Part shown: in pieces, positions 20,412 through 31,300 of the stretch | Numbering within the stretch: position 1 is the first letter of the stretch | How the letters are laid out: each line of letters starts with the position of its first letter | Source of the DNA: Myxococcota bacterium | GTDB taxonomy: Bacteria > Myxococcota_A > SURF-8 | Length of the DNA: 64,000 nucleotides | NCBI GenBank assembly: GCA_965140415.1 | Contig: OZ223209.1 | Span: forward strand, 5,664,001 to 5,728,000 | Direction of reading: 5' to 3' | Program-made: the position numbers and the translations under genes | The notes under the pieces: model-generated | Told to the model about the DNA's origin: nothing | Seen by the model: the letters and a program-made list of their open reading frames with translations, nothing else | Database searches by the model: none

Positions 20412-21791
20412 ATGAATGTTCTATTGACCAACGTGCCCGGTCCACAAATGGGCCTGAGCAGCTACATTTTTCCAAGCTATCCACCGCTTGGATTGGCATA
20501 CCTTGCCGCCGTGCTGCGTCGCGAACGGCATACCCCGGTGATCGTGGATCAGGAGCATCAGTCTTTTCACTGCATCGAGCAGGCCATTTCTGCCTATCGC
20601 CCGCGCCTGATCGGCGTCTCCGCATCGATGCCGATGCTCAAAGCCGCGCTGCAACTAGCAAAGCGGCTGCGTCAACTGGCACCGGAAGCGCTGCTGGTCG
20701 TTGGCGGTCCGCTGACGACCCCCTTTGCCGAGCGGCTGGTATCTCCCGGCGGGTATGATGTTGCACTGAACGGCGAGGGCGAACATGTGCTGATGTCGCT
20801 GGTTGAGTTGGCGCAACAAACGCAGCGCAGCAAGAAGCTCTATGAAGCGATACCGGGCATCGTGACGCACATCGATGGCGAATGGCTGCGTACTGAAGCC
20901 GCCTGCCCGACGGAAAACCTGGACGAACTACCCTTTCCGGCGCGCGATCTGCTGGTGCGCCGCTCTCTGTATTTGAGCCATCCTGTGGATAACGGCTATG
21001 GTCCAGCTACCACGGTTTTGGCCTCGCGCGGTTGCCGCTTCAATTGCTCTTTCTGCTACCAGTATCCATTCAAGAGCTTCTACCGGCGACCTTCTCCCGA
21101 ACGGGTGGTGGAGGAAATCGAGGGCTTGATGCGGCAGTACGGCATCCGTTTCGTGCGCTTCATCGACGACCTGTTCACCTACGACCGCGAACGAACCCTG
21201 CAACTGTGCGAACGATTGCAACAACGCCTGCCGAAGCTGCGCTGGCATTGCGGCACACGCATCGACCAGGTCGATGAAGAACTGCTGCGCGCTATGTACA
21301 CCGCCGGTTGCCGGGTGATCAACTTCGGTTTCGAATCCGGCGACAAAGACGACCTGCGCCGCATGGCCAAGGGAGCCAAGGCCGATCCACGCGAAGTGGC
21401 GGAGCTATGCCACCGCATCGGGTTGGATGTCATCGGGCAGTTTATCATCGGTTTTCCCTGGGATACGCCGGAATCGATCGAGCGGCGCATCGCCTTTGCC
21501 AAGTCGCTACCGCTGCGGGCGGCGACCTTCTGGCCGCTGATCCCGATGCCGGGTACGAGATTATACGAACAGGTCTTGCAGCAAGTCGGCGAATTCGAAT
21601 GGGATTATTTCGAGCACACCGACTGTGACAGCCCCGGTCCATTGCAAAATCCGGTGTACTCTCCACCGGGCATGACACGCCGCCAGATCCGCCATGCGGT
21701 TCGCCGCGCCCAGTTCGGTTTTCATCTGCGCCCCCACATTCTGCTTCCGCTGCTAAAGGAAACAGTCACAGGCTGGAAACAACGAATCTGA
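20412..21791 (+). CDS. B12-binding domain radical SAM protein
   Basis: PPLGLAYLAAVL, VVGGP, GEGE, SRGCRFNCSFC (CxxxCxxC), FIDDLFT, GFESG, PMPGT. Confidence 0.93.
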   Translation: MNVLLTNVPGPQMGLSSYIFPSYPPLGLAYLAAVLRRERHTPVIVDQEHQSFHCIEQAISAYRPRLIGVSASMPMLKAALQLAKRLRQLAPEALLVVGGPLTTPFAERLVSPGGYDVALNGEGEHVLMSLVELAQQTQRSKKLYEAIPGIVTHIDGEWLRTEAACPTENLDELPFPARDLLVRRSLYLSHPVDNGYGPATTVLASRGCRFNCSFCYQYPFKSFYRRPSPERVVEEIEGLMRQYGIRFVRFIDDLFTYDRERTLQLCERLQQRLPKLRWHCGTRIDQVDEELLRAMYTAGCRVINFGFESGDKDDLRRMAKGAKADPREVAELCHRIGLDVIGQFIIGFPWDTPESIERRIAFAKSLPLRAATFWPLIPMPGTRLYEQVLQQVGEFEWDYFEHTDCDSPGPLQNPVYSPPGMTRRQIRHAVRRAQFGFHLRPHILLPLLKETVTGWKQRI

Positions 21792-22018
21792 GATACGCAT
21801 TCCATGTGCAATCCCCCCCACTTACATGAATTCCTGTTTTTTTCCTCCTTAGCGAATAAAATTCTGAAAACTTGGTTATATGGGTTGGAGGGAATACTTC
21901 GAATGAGAAAAACCGGGCATGTCGCATGCAATCGGCGTAACATACCTGTATTGATGACTTTTTAGATCTCCATCGGTGAAAACCGATGTGGCTATCGACG
22001 ACAAAGGGGAGTCGAGAC

Positions 22019-23032
22019 ATGGAAAACGAGCGGGAAAACACAACCAAAGCCGGACTGGCAAAAAGTAAACCGCTGCCTCCAAGCTGGAAAATTCACCTGA
22101 TGCTGGCCTGGGAAAACTGGCTGAAAATGCTGGTTACAGGCGCGATTCTAATCGGGGGCACCGTAGCGGCATTGTGGTATATCCCCGAAGATGGCCTTGG
22201 CCTGCTGGCAGTAGCCGTCGTCAGCCTGATTCCCATCGGTCTGGTCGTTAACGATATGCGCCGGAAAAAGACTCCCTCAACCAAACGCGCTATCCTGCTT
22301 TCGATATTGGGAGTTGGCCTGCTGCTGGCGACACTATATCCCAGTTTGAAATCCCTGCTCTTCGAAGAGCAGATCGGGCACTTTCAGTTCTCCTCAGTAG
22401 ACGATTCCGCCTCCGCCCCGGTCGTCATCCCCGCACAGGACAAAGGCGATCAGTGGTACCTCATGGAAGTGCATGGAAAACTGCAAGACACCAAGGAGTC
22501 CTATGAAGTTTCATACGCCCTGCGTTTGGAGAACGAGGAATTCGGGCAAACCTTGAAAGGCGAACTAAAGCGCTCATGGAGCCGCTTTCGCGTTGGTCGC
22601 CGCAGCAGGGGAAAACGATTGGTGAACCATGAACGGGACGTGCATCATCTGACGGCGGATCTGGGAGCGCCCACAACCTTGTCCCTGAGAAAACTGAGCG
22701 GCAAACTGGACGGTCCCCTGGAAGTCTTTTTACGACCGGAGCCGGTGATGTGGAGCTACCTGTTGCAGATCGATTTGCCATTGTTGCTGCTCGCCGGGCT
22801 GCTGGAGAATCCGGATACCGAAGAAAAACGCAACCTGCGCCTTGTGAAGCGCTCGTCTTTCATGCTGCTGTTCGGAGCGGTTTTTGCGGATAACTGGATG
22901 CCTGGAAACTGGTTCGGTCAGGTGCTATTGGCGCTGATCGTCGCTTTGGCCGGTTCAGTGCTACTAGGCTACATCCTGCCGAAACTAATGCAGCCTTTGG
23001 CGAGCCGGATGTCCTTTTTAAACGCCCGGTAG
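22019..23032 (+). CDS. Hypothetical multi-pass membrane protein
   Basis: Three N-terminal TM segments, a soluble domain, then C-terminal TMs; GGGGAG SD. Confidence 0.7.
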   Translation: MENERENTTKAGLAKSKPLPPSWKIHLMLAWENWLKMLVTGAILIGGTVAALWYIPEDGLGLLAVAVVSLIPIGLVVNDMRRKKTPSTKRAILLSILGVGLLLATLYPSLKSLLFEEQIGHFQFSSVDDSASAPVVIPAQDKGDQWYLMEVHGKLQDTKESYEVSYALRLENEEFGQTLKGELKRSWSRFRVGRRSRGKRLVNHERDVHHLTADLGAPTTLSLRKLSGKLDGPLEVFLRPEPVMWSYLLQIDLPLLLLAGLLENPDTEEKRNLRLVKRSSFMLLFGAVFADNWMPGNWFGQVLLALIVALAGSVLLGYILPKLMQPLASRMSFLNAR

Positions 23033-23107
23033 AGCATAGTGGAGGACAAGAATCGGAGTGACAACATTCCAACTCGATTGCTTCGCAATCCCATTGCAAT
23101 ACCGCGT

Positions 23108-24895
23108 TTACTTGCCACTCGCTGCCAATGCCAGCCGGGAAGCCGTGTCGGCGCTGACAAGCGTGACGTGCTCGGGGAGGAGTTTAACCATTTCCATAAA
23201 CGAATTCTCCAGGCTTAAACCGCCATCGCTAGTCATGTAAACCCAGCTCACCGTGCCTTTCGGATAGTTACCCAGTTCTTCGGCCATCTTCTGTGGACTT
23301 TGGAAGAAGGGGTCATCGTCGTTATCGATTCCACGCCACTCGCGAGGCCGGAATACGACCGTCTGACCGCCATCCTTGCCCTTTAACACCTTGTAGAAAT
23401 CTTCATCCGGCCACCAGGGAAAGGTGGGAAACAGATAGGGCACGTTTACGGGAAACACACCCTTGATGGCTCCGTCGTTCTTTGCGTACTTGGGCAAGAA
23501 GATCTCTTCGGCGTCTTCCCAGGTACCGGCCCAATCCCAATGAACGACACCCGCGACGCCCAGCACGCGTGCATCCTGCTCCGTGGCTTGAGCAAAGCGG
23601 CTCTGATCCTGCACGTTCAAAGACGAAGGATAGGCGTAGAGGTGACCACTGGGAGGCAGAATGAAATAGTCTTTTCCGGTTTGACGTGTAGTCGCATAGT
23701 ACCATTCCAGCACATCGGGAGCGAGGTAGGCCAGGTGCGGTGAAATGCTCCAACTGATCGGTTCGCAGGAATTGTCCGCCTGTTTGCAATCCGCGAGTCG
23801 CTGTCGCAACCATACGTTGCGCGTGCTCATGATGAAGCGGATGTTGTCGCCATCTCCAATGACGAAAGCCACATAGGTTTTACTCGAATCGTATTCGATT
23901 TCCTCCGGCGGGTTGTGCTCCAGTTCGTCGGCACTTTTAATCGGTGCCCGGCGAGTGGAAAAGAAGGACAGGTTATTCGTTTGGCTGGGAATGGCTCCCA
24001 TATTGCGGGAATCCAGACAACGTGTATGCGCCTCGTACAGGTAGCCGCCCATCACCATCCAGGAATTATTGTACCCGAATACACCGATAGGCGTCTGCCA
24101 GGGTCCGGCGTTGACGATATCTTGCAACAACTGCCTGTCCGGGTTCGATTCCTGGCAGCTATTCACCAGGAAATGCACGAACAGTTTCTTGGCGAACACG
24201 AAATCGATCAGCGCCGGAGGCATATCCCGGATCAGTGGAGGATCGGAAACGTCATCGGCATTCGTGTCGTAGCCGGGATTGAGCATGGCCAATCCCGTAG
24301 TCTGTTCGATATAGTTTTCGAACACGTACTGCGTGGCCAGGAAAGGGGTGTTGCGCGTTTCGAACTCCAATGTGGCATCGAAGGAAGGATTCTCGCAGAC
24401 CACATTCAGTTCCGTATCCAGCGGCACCGCCTCAAGCGATGCTGCGACAGTCAGAATACTCGGCAGCAATTCCTGCTGTTCGGTATAGGAATACCGGACA
24501 CAGGAGGGAAATTCGCCTAAACAGGTAGCAAGGAAATCAGAGGCATTTACCGTTTCACTTGGTTGCAGGTCGAGTTCGTCCAGCCAGGCGGCATCGTTGT
24601 CATCCATCTGTATATACACGGAACCGCCCAGCCTGCGGTTGTATAGACCGGCGCAAGCTTGCACGGCCAACTGGAGCGCAGCCGCTTCTGACGCATCGAG
24701 CATGACCTTCGTGAATTCCGTTGCCGCAATCCATTCCTCCGCGTCACCTTCCGCCTCCGCGTCGCCATCCGTCAACATGTCACCGTCTATCGTGTCCCCA
24801 TCGGAATTGTTTCCCGTATCGGGATTGTCTTTCTCACAACCCGAAGCCAGTAGCAACAAGACAGTAAGAAGGCTGATTAAAACGATTTGCTTCAT
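23108..24895 (-). CDS. DGD lipoprotein with GxGYxYP-like putative glycoside hydrolase domain
   Basis: LASGC lipobox, three DGD; VAFVIGDGDN, PISWSISPHL.YLAPDVLEWYY, PSGHLYAYP resemble the GxGYxYP C-terminal domain. Confidence 0.7.
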   Translation of the reverse strand: MKQIVLISLLTVLLLLASGCEKDNPDTGNNSDGDTIDGDMLTDGDAEAEGDAEEWIAATEFTKVMLDASEAAALQLAVQACAGLYNRRLGGSVYIQMDDNDAAWLDELDLQPSETVNASDFLATCLGEFPSCVRYSYTEQQELLPSILTVAASLEAVPLDTELNVVCENPSFDATLEFETRNTPFLATQYVFENYIEQTTGLAMLNPGYDTNADDVSDPPLIRDMPPALIDFVFAKKLFVHFLVNSCQESNPDRQLLQDIVNAGPWQTPIGVFGYNNSWMVMGGYLYEAHTRCLDSRNMGAIPSQTNNLSFFSTRRAPIKSADELEHNPPEEIEYDSSKTYVAFVIGDGDNIRFIMSTRNVWLRQRLADCKQADNSCEPISWSISPHLAYLAPDVLEWYYATTRQTGKDYFILPPSGHLYAYPSSLNVQDQSRFAQATEQDARVLGVAGVVHWDWAGTWEDAEEIFLPKYAKNDGAIKGVFPVNVPYLFPTFPWWPDEDFYKVLKGKDGGQTVVFRPREWRGIDNDDDPFFQSPQKMAEELGNYPKGTVSWVYMTSDGGLSLENSFMEMVKLLPEHVTLVSADTASRLALAASGK

Positions 24896-25012
24896 ACGAG
24901 ATCTCCTATTGTTGCATGTATTAAGATCAATGCGATGTTTATTCTAAATACGAGCTGCACAATATTTTCAGAGAGCCGATGTAATCAAGGCGGGGTGAAC
25001 AATCACACTTCG

Positions 25013-25756
25013 CTACCTTTCAAAGTTTCCACGTCCGACCGAACAGGTAATATACAATCCGACTCCGGCGCTCAGTTGTGGCATGTAATGGCCTCCACCG
25101 TCATCTAACGAAAACTCGTTATCGAAGTGACGCAACAGCGAAACGGTCAGACCAGCACCGACCGAACCGAATTCGGTGTTATAGCGGTATTCGATGTGCG
25201 GTTCGACGCTCAGATGCCAGTAGTGAATCTCCTGCGTGTAGAAAAGATAGTCCGTTCCAATAAAGCCGCCCAGGCGCAATTCGTGCCGGTAGTCATCTCG
25301 TAGTTTTACCCTTGCACCCAGGCGCATTCCGACCCCGGTTGCCCCGGCGTAATACACGGGATGAAGTTCCAACAGCGTGACGTAGAATTGCGGAAGATGA
25401 AGCGTGAACAGGCGCAGATCCAGGCGGGGAAAGGGATGCAGCTTCGTCTCTATGGTACGCGTCTCTCCGGTTTCCGTATGGCGGCGAAAGTGCAGCGTCC
25501 AGCCCATTGCCAGACCCAGCCACTCGATATTGCGTGCCCATTCCTGCCGTGAACGCCAGATGGAATCCACGGGTTCCGAAGAGAAAGAATCCACCGCTTC
25601 ATCATCGGGGGAAAGCGATCGCTCGGCAGGTTGTCCATCATCGTCGCTAACTGGGGTCGTTGCTTCCTGCGCCAGGGCGGGAATCGCCAGCAGCCACAAG
25701 AAAAGTACAAGCCAGATCCAGCGACGCGCCACGAATCGCAGTTGTTCATCAGGCAT
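25013..25756 (-). CDS. Secreted or outer-membrane hypothetical protein (beta-strand rich)
   Basis: Signal peptide ending PALA-Q; alternating beta-strand pattern; start placed at MPDEQ. Confidence 0.6.
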   Translation of the reverse strand: MPDEQLRFVARRWIWLVLFLWLLAIPALAQEATTPVSDDDGQPAERSLSPDDEAVDSFSSEPVDSIWRSRQEWARNIEWLGLAMGWTLHFRRHTETGETRTIETKLHPFPRLDLRLFTLHLPQFYVTLLELHPVYYAGATGVGMRLGARVKLRDDYRHELRLGGFIGTDYLFYTQEIHYWHLSVEPHIEYRYNTEFGSVGAGLTVSLLRHFDNEFSLDDGGGHYMPQLSAGVGLYITCSVGRGNFER

Positions 25757-25968
25757 TCGTTTGCTCCTCGATTTCGGGAAGCTTATCATAGCGTGAAGCG
25801 TGATATGCCGCAAGCGGGGATGCTGGGAAACGCTAAAAACAGAAATGCTTTCAAGTACACGAAAGGAGGACAAGACGTCCTCCTTTCGCTGTTTTAGACA
25901 TATTGTCCCGTGTTGGAGTATGGGTTCTTGTTCAGCTCCAACCACTTGCCTTTCAAATCATATTGGCT

Positions 25969-28098
25969 CTAGCGCGTGATCGTTACCGTTGCTGTGCCGT
26001 CAGCTCCGATTGTGACCTGGGTATCGGCCAGCATGCTTTCTGCCGTGGCGTCGTATGTCTTCAATACGATCGTTTCATTGGCCACACCGGCCAGATCTAT
26101 TTCCAAGCCGTTTTCGGTGGCGGCGATACGCGTAAAACGCTTATCGGCCATGGTGACGTACTTCCCGGCTTCGCCGATCAGCGCCAACCCGTTTTCGAAG
26201 ATCGGAGCCAGCACGGTATACGCAAAACCGTACTTGCTCTCATCGGGTGCCATCTCAAAGCTGCCGTTGACGATTCTTGCTGTAGCCGTACGCCAGTCGT
26301 AGGCCACGCGCCGCTCGGTAATGCCCAAATCCTTTTCCAGATCCAGTTGCCAGTCGGTCACGAGATCGGGATAGACGAACATGTCGTTCAGGTCCATGCC
26401 GTCGTACATGAACTGGGCGTGCATGCGGTCATCGGCTGTGCGGTCGGGATGCTTTTCGGCCAGGTTGTAGGCGGCAACGTAGCTCCACTTGCCGATTCCA
26501 TCGTATTTCGAGTAGGTGGCGGTGGTGTAGGGCCGCTCGTGCGGCAGAAACATGGCATCGATGGGCAGTGCTGGACGATCGGGCTTTAACAGGTAGCCGT
26601 CTTCCCGGCAGGTGCGCATGATGATATCGCGCTTGAATGCCCCGATGGCGTCGCCTACACCCACCATGCCGCCGCATAAGGCCGATACAAGCGCCTCCGC
26701 TTCGGGGAAAGCTTCGGAAGACTGGAAGTTGTCCTTAAAGGGCCAGATACCCAAGGCCCAAGCAAGCATGTTGTTGGTATGGAACTGCGGGTAGTAGGTT
26801 TCCTTGGAAAATGATGCGCCGTAATCGGTGCAGGTGCGTGTGGTGGTGACCGCCGGGAGATCGACGCTGCCCATCAGATTGGACGTGCTGGGCATACAGA
26901 TCTGCATGGTCAGATCGTGCTCCGCAACCGAAGCGCCCAGGCCGTAATACCAGTCGGTGGCCCGGCCCATCTGCTCGCGCATATAAGGCATACGCCAGTA
27001 TTGATTGATCAACCAGTCCTGTTCGTAGGTCGTGACACCCCAGGAAATGGCGTCTTCCATGAAATGGTCGTAGATGTCATTATTGGCCGGCAGCACGGAA
27101 TCCGACCCAGCGATGAAGTCGTATTCGTCGGTGTAGTCGTTCTCCACGGCGAACCAGCGATTGTGGACGATCAACGGCAGTCCCAGTTGTTGCTGGAAGG
27201 AAACCAACCCGTCGGGGAACATTTCCGTTTGCGGCTCCCAACGAATCAGACCACTGCCCGGCAGCAGACCATGCCCGCCTTCTTTGTAGTACCACCAGGA
27301 ATCGAGTTGCAGATAGCGGAATGGAATGTTCTCCCGTTCCCAATCCGCCTGTACGGCGAACAGCGTATCCTGATAGTTCAAATCGCCCTCGGTCTGATAG
27401 TAGTAAACGGCCCCGTTATCCGTCCAGTATCCGAGATAGGACAAGCCGAGATCGGCATAGCGATCCACCTTGCTTTTTCCGCGATCTTCCAGCAGTTGCT
27501 CGCCCCAGTATTCCAGCGTGGCGGCAATGCCCTTTCCTTCTGCCAGTATGAAACGCTGCGACAATTCGGCGGGAAGCTGTTGCAACTCGCCGTTTAACCC
27601 ATACTGAATCTTCCCGTCTTCAAAGGTCATGATGGCATCGAAGAAATCATCCACCGGCGAGAAGACCAGCACGTCCATGTCATCCGAATAGAGAATGATC
27701 GGACCGTTGCCGACGATGGCTTTTAACCACGGTGGGAAAAAAGGCGAAGTAAGAAAGTTCAGAACGTGCGTGTATTTCGCATCGACCGGAATGGGAGCGA
27801 AAGCGTAGGCCAGATCCTGGAACGTTGCCTGTTCGTCGCCGTGGGCGGCCCGGTAGTCGTCGTAAGGATTATTGACACCCGAAGGTGTTAGCGGTTGACG
27901 GTCGGCATTGACGAGATCCGCCTTTGTGACTTCAAAAATCTGACGACTGTAGGATATCCAACTGTTTTCATCCTCATTTTCCAGATCCAGATCGCCGTCC
28001 GTGTCTCCATCCGGCAAGTTCGTGGAGTCGCCGTCGTCGCAACCGGCAAACAACGCAAAAAGCATGATAAACGCGAGCAGGTACAATCTTGTTTTCAT
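25969..28098 (-). CDS. DGD lipoprotein, putative TIM-barrel glycoside hydrolase
   Basis: LFAGC lipobox, PDGDTDGD; LGYWTDNGAVYYY, YLQLDSWWY, FPDGL, YEQDW, GVGDAIG, LLKPDRP (GH27/36 clan-like pattern). Confidence 0.68.
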   Translation of the reverse strand: MKTRLYLLAFIMLFALFAGCDDGDSTNLPDGDTDGDLDLENEDENSWISYSRQIFEVTKADLVNADRQPLTPSGVNNPYDDYRAAHGDEQATFQDLAYAFAPIPVDAKYTHVLNFLTSPFFPPWLKAIVGNGPIILYSDDMDVLVFSPVDDFFDAIMTFEDGKIQYGLNGELQQLPAELSQRFILAEGKGIAATLEYWGEQLLEDRGKSKVDRYADLGLSYLGYWTDNGAVYYYQTEGDLNYQDTLFAVQADWERENIPFRYLQLDSWWYYKEGGHGLLPGSGLIRWEPQTEMFPDGLVSFQQQLGLPLIVHNRWFAVENDYTDEYDFIAGSDSVLPANNDIYDHFMEDAISWGVTTYEQDWLINQYWRMPYMREQMGRATDWYYGLGASVAEHDLTMQICMPSTSNLMGSVDLPAVTTTRTCTDYGASFSKETYYPQFHTNNMLAWALGIWPFKDNFQSSEAFPEAEALVSALCGGMVGVGDAIGAFKRDIIMRTCREDGYLLKPDRPALPIDAMFLPHERPYTTATYSKYDGIGKWSYVAAYNLAEKHPDRTADDRMHAQFMYDGMDLNDMFVYPDLVTDWQLDLEKDLGITERRVAYDWRTATARIVNGSFEMAPDESKYGFAYTVLAPIFENGLALIGEAGKYVTMADKRFTRIAATENGLEIDLAGVANETIVLKTYDATAESMLADTQVTIGADGTATVTITR

Positions 28099-28250
28099 CT
28101 TACATCTCCATGTGGTGGGCGGCGTCTTGCACAGCTTACAATAGAGAAATGGAGGGTGGCTGTCAAGAAAGCGAAATTCAGGTTAGAAAGCAGTGCCTAT
28201 TTCTAACCAGTTGCTAACAAACAAATAGAACACAGCCAAACCCAGAAACG

Positions 28251-28286
28251 AAAAAACCTCCTCCCTGTTTGACAGAGAGGAGGTTT
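28251..28286 (-). terminator. Intrinsic terminator after the giant lipoprotein gene
   Basis: AAACCTCCTC(C)CTGT-loop-ACAG(A)GAGGAGGTTT with a T-run on the minus strand. Confidence 0.7.
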
Positions 28287-28308
28287 GAGGTTCGTTAAGA
28301 ACGACGAA

Positions 28309-31300
28309 TCAGCGCGGGCCTACCGTATACGCCGCACCGGTAAAGGAACTGTAGTCGACCAGACCCGAAGGATATTCGGAAATCTTGGGAGCGACATCCA
28401 GGCTGCCCCAGTAATTCGCCTGGGCATTCAACGACTCCGAGCCGGTCGTCATGGCAGTCAGGCCGATGTCGTTGGTGTAGTAGCCTCCGAAAATCGTGGT
28501 GCTTCCGGTGATGCTGTTGTTGTCGCTGCCCCAGCCGGTATCGTACACATACACGGCAATTGATTCCGGCGCGGTGGAACTGATATCCACCCAATAATTG
28601 GTGACATCCGTCGTGCGCGACCACAGAATCTGCGAGGAACTGCCATTTCCGGCAACACCACCCGTAATATAGTTTGTGGTGCACCAGGAATACTGCTCCG
28701 GGCAATCTTCGTCGTGGAAGCTCACTTTAACATACTGGATATTGCCACCATCGGGTGCGGTGTAGAGATCCGACATCCGGTACACGTTGCAACCACCGGT
28801 GCAGGCATCGCCCGTCCAGGTCAATGTTGCGCTGGTATCCGCACCACCCACTTCATAGGACTGCGTTACGGAGTTACTGAAGATGTTGTTCTGATTGATC
28901 GCAACCGAGGGCATTCCGCTGGAGTTCTTCCAGATGGAGAAGCCAGGCAGTTGGTTGAAGGAGATATTGGAATAGGTGAGCGAACCCGAAACGCTACCCG
29001 CCAGTTCCGCACCGAAACGGCCATTGTCACCCAGGTGACAGTAGCTCATGGTCAGGCTGGTAGACGCACCGAGAACTTTAAAGCCGCTCTCGTCGTTGTA
29101 GCGGAAAGTGGAATCGGTAGCGGTTACATTTGCGCTACTTCCGCTGATGGACAGACCATGAACCGCATTGTGGTTACTTGTTACGTAAGAGAGCTCTACG
29201 GTGCCTCCGCTGATTTCGATACCGTTGGTGCCGCAGTTTTCAACCGTTGAATAACTCAGGCTGGCACCGGAAGCGGTGCTGATAAATTGAACGCCCTTCG
29301 TTCCGGCTTCGGAAACCGTAAGATGCGACAGGCTGGCGGCTTCGCTCTGTACCACGAGATTGCGCAAACCGTGTGCGATTTCAACGTAATCCCAACTACT
29401 GCCTTGGCCATACAGGCGAATTTCCTCGAAGCTGTCCTCTTCGGGTGATTGCCCGTAACCATCGATGATCACCGGGTTTCCTTCCGTTCCCATAACATCC
29501 AATACACCACTTACCGTTACCGAAAAATCGCCGACACCGCTGCCATCCTGATCGTGCTTGACGAAATGCACCTGCGTGCCTGGGTCCATGGTGATCGTCG
29601 TTCCCGATGCAATGGTGATGTCACCGGTAATGTAGACATCGCCGCTTAGTGTATCGTCTTCGGAGATCGTCACACCGCCGACGTAAGGACCGTTATCCCA
29701 TTCTTCGTCGAAGGGCACGCCGACGAAGCCTTGCAGATTCACGGCACTATGAGAATTCATGCCAACGGCATCGAGCACGTTGGGGAACACACCCCAGTAG
29801 TTGAAACGCGCATCGACGGTGGTACTTAACGTATTGACGCTCATTTCGATGCCGCTCTGATCCGGAATGGTATAAACCACTTCGGAAGCGGTAATGCCGT
29901 TGTTGTCGCTGCCCCAGCCGGTGTCGTATACATACACGGCCACCGATTCAGGACTGCTACTGGATAGATCCACCCAAGTGTTGGTGATGTCAGACGTGCG
30001 CGACCACAGAATCTGCGAGGAACTGCCGTTTCCGGCAATGCCGCCGCTGATGTAATTGGTCGTACACCAATCGTAGGTTTCCGGGCAATCCTGATCCCAG
30101 AAGCTGACTTTCATCCGTTTGACCAGGCCACCACCCGGTGGTGACCACACAGAAGACATTTTATAGGTATTGCATCCACCCGTGCAGGCATCACCCGACC
30201 AGGTCAGGACCGACGAGGTATTTTCGCTGCCGACGGTCCAGCCGCCCGTGACTGAGTTACCGTAGATGTTGTTCCATTGGATGCGCGGCGAAGAGCTGGT
30301 GGTTTCCACCCGAATACCCTCCGCGCTGTTATTTGTAACCAAACAGTGCTCCATGGAGCCTCCCTGGCTGGTGGAGTACGACGCACCTGTCTGACCGTTG
30401 TTCTGGATCACGCAGTTGGTCAGGGCAGGCTGGGCGGCAGTGATGGAAAATCCGTGATGTGCGTTGTCGTAGACGTCACAATCGTCAATCGTACCTGCAC
30501 CGGAACTGCTGATGGTGGCTCCATGCGTGCCGTTGTTATACAGCGCCAGGCCGCTGATATCGTAAGCCGCCGCGCTGCTGGTGATATACAAGCCCAGCTC
30601 ATCGTCGTCGTGAATGGACACATCCTGGAACAGGTTGCCGTTGGCGTTGCTTGTGGACAGCTTGACGCCGTAGGTTCCGCAGTAGCGCACTTCCACGGCG
30701 GTCAACGGGGTTGCATCGCGAATATCCAGGCAGCCGTTTCCGTATTCGATAATGGCATGGCTTACGCTGCTGCTGCCACCGTTCAGCACGATGCTGCCCC
30801 AGGCCTTGCTGTGGCGATGATCGGAGCCGTAGGAACTGATCAATACGGGATTGCTTTCCGTGCCGTTGACGACGAAACTGCTGCCGGAATTGACGACGAT
30901 GGAATAATCTCCCACACCGTTGGCCGGTTGCGTATCCTGGTAGACAAAGAGCACCTGTGTGCCTTCCGCCACGATAACGGTGGCGTTATTACTGATGGTA
31001 ACGGTGCCGGTGATAATAACCGTGCCGTACCAGGTCGTGTCGGCATCGATCGTTCCACCGATGTACATCAGGTCGCTGAAGCTGACTTCGCGAGTCGTGA
31101 AATCCACCTGGTCCACGGCGTCACGCACTTCCATGCCGATGGTGTAGCTGCCGTATTCGGTGTAGCCGTCGTAGGTGGCGACTTTTTCCGTGCTCCAATC
31201 GGTATCGAAAACACCATCGTTTTCCCAGTCCCAGCGCACTTCTAAATCTTCCATGGCCGTTTCGCGGTCGTTGCTGCCGGAACCGTCCACCGCCAGCACC

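Noticed and set aside
28500-30215. Possible DGR template/variable repeat pair
   Set aside because: Both copies are in-frame in one gene, differences are mostly synonymous and not adenine-specific, and there is no reverse transcriptase in the window
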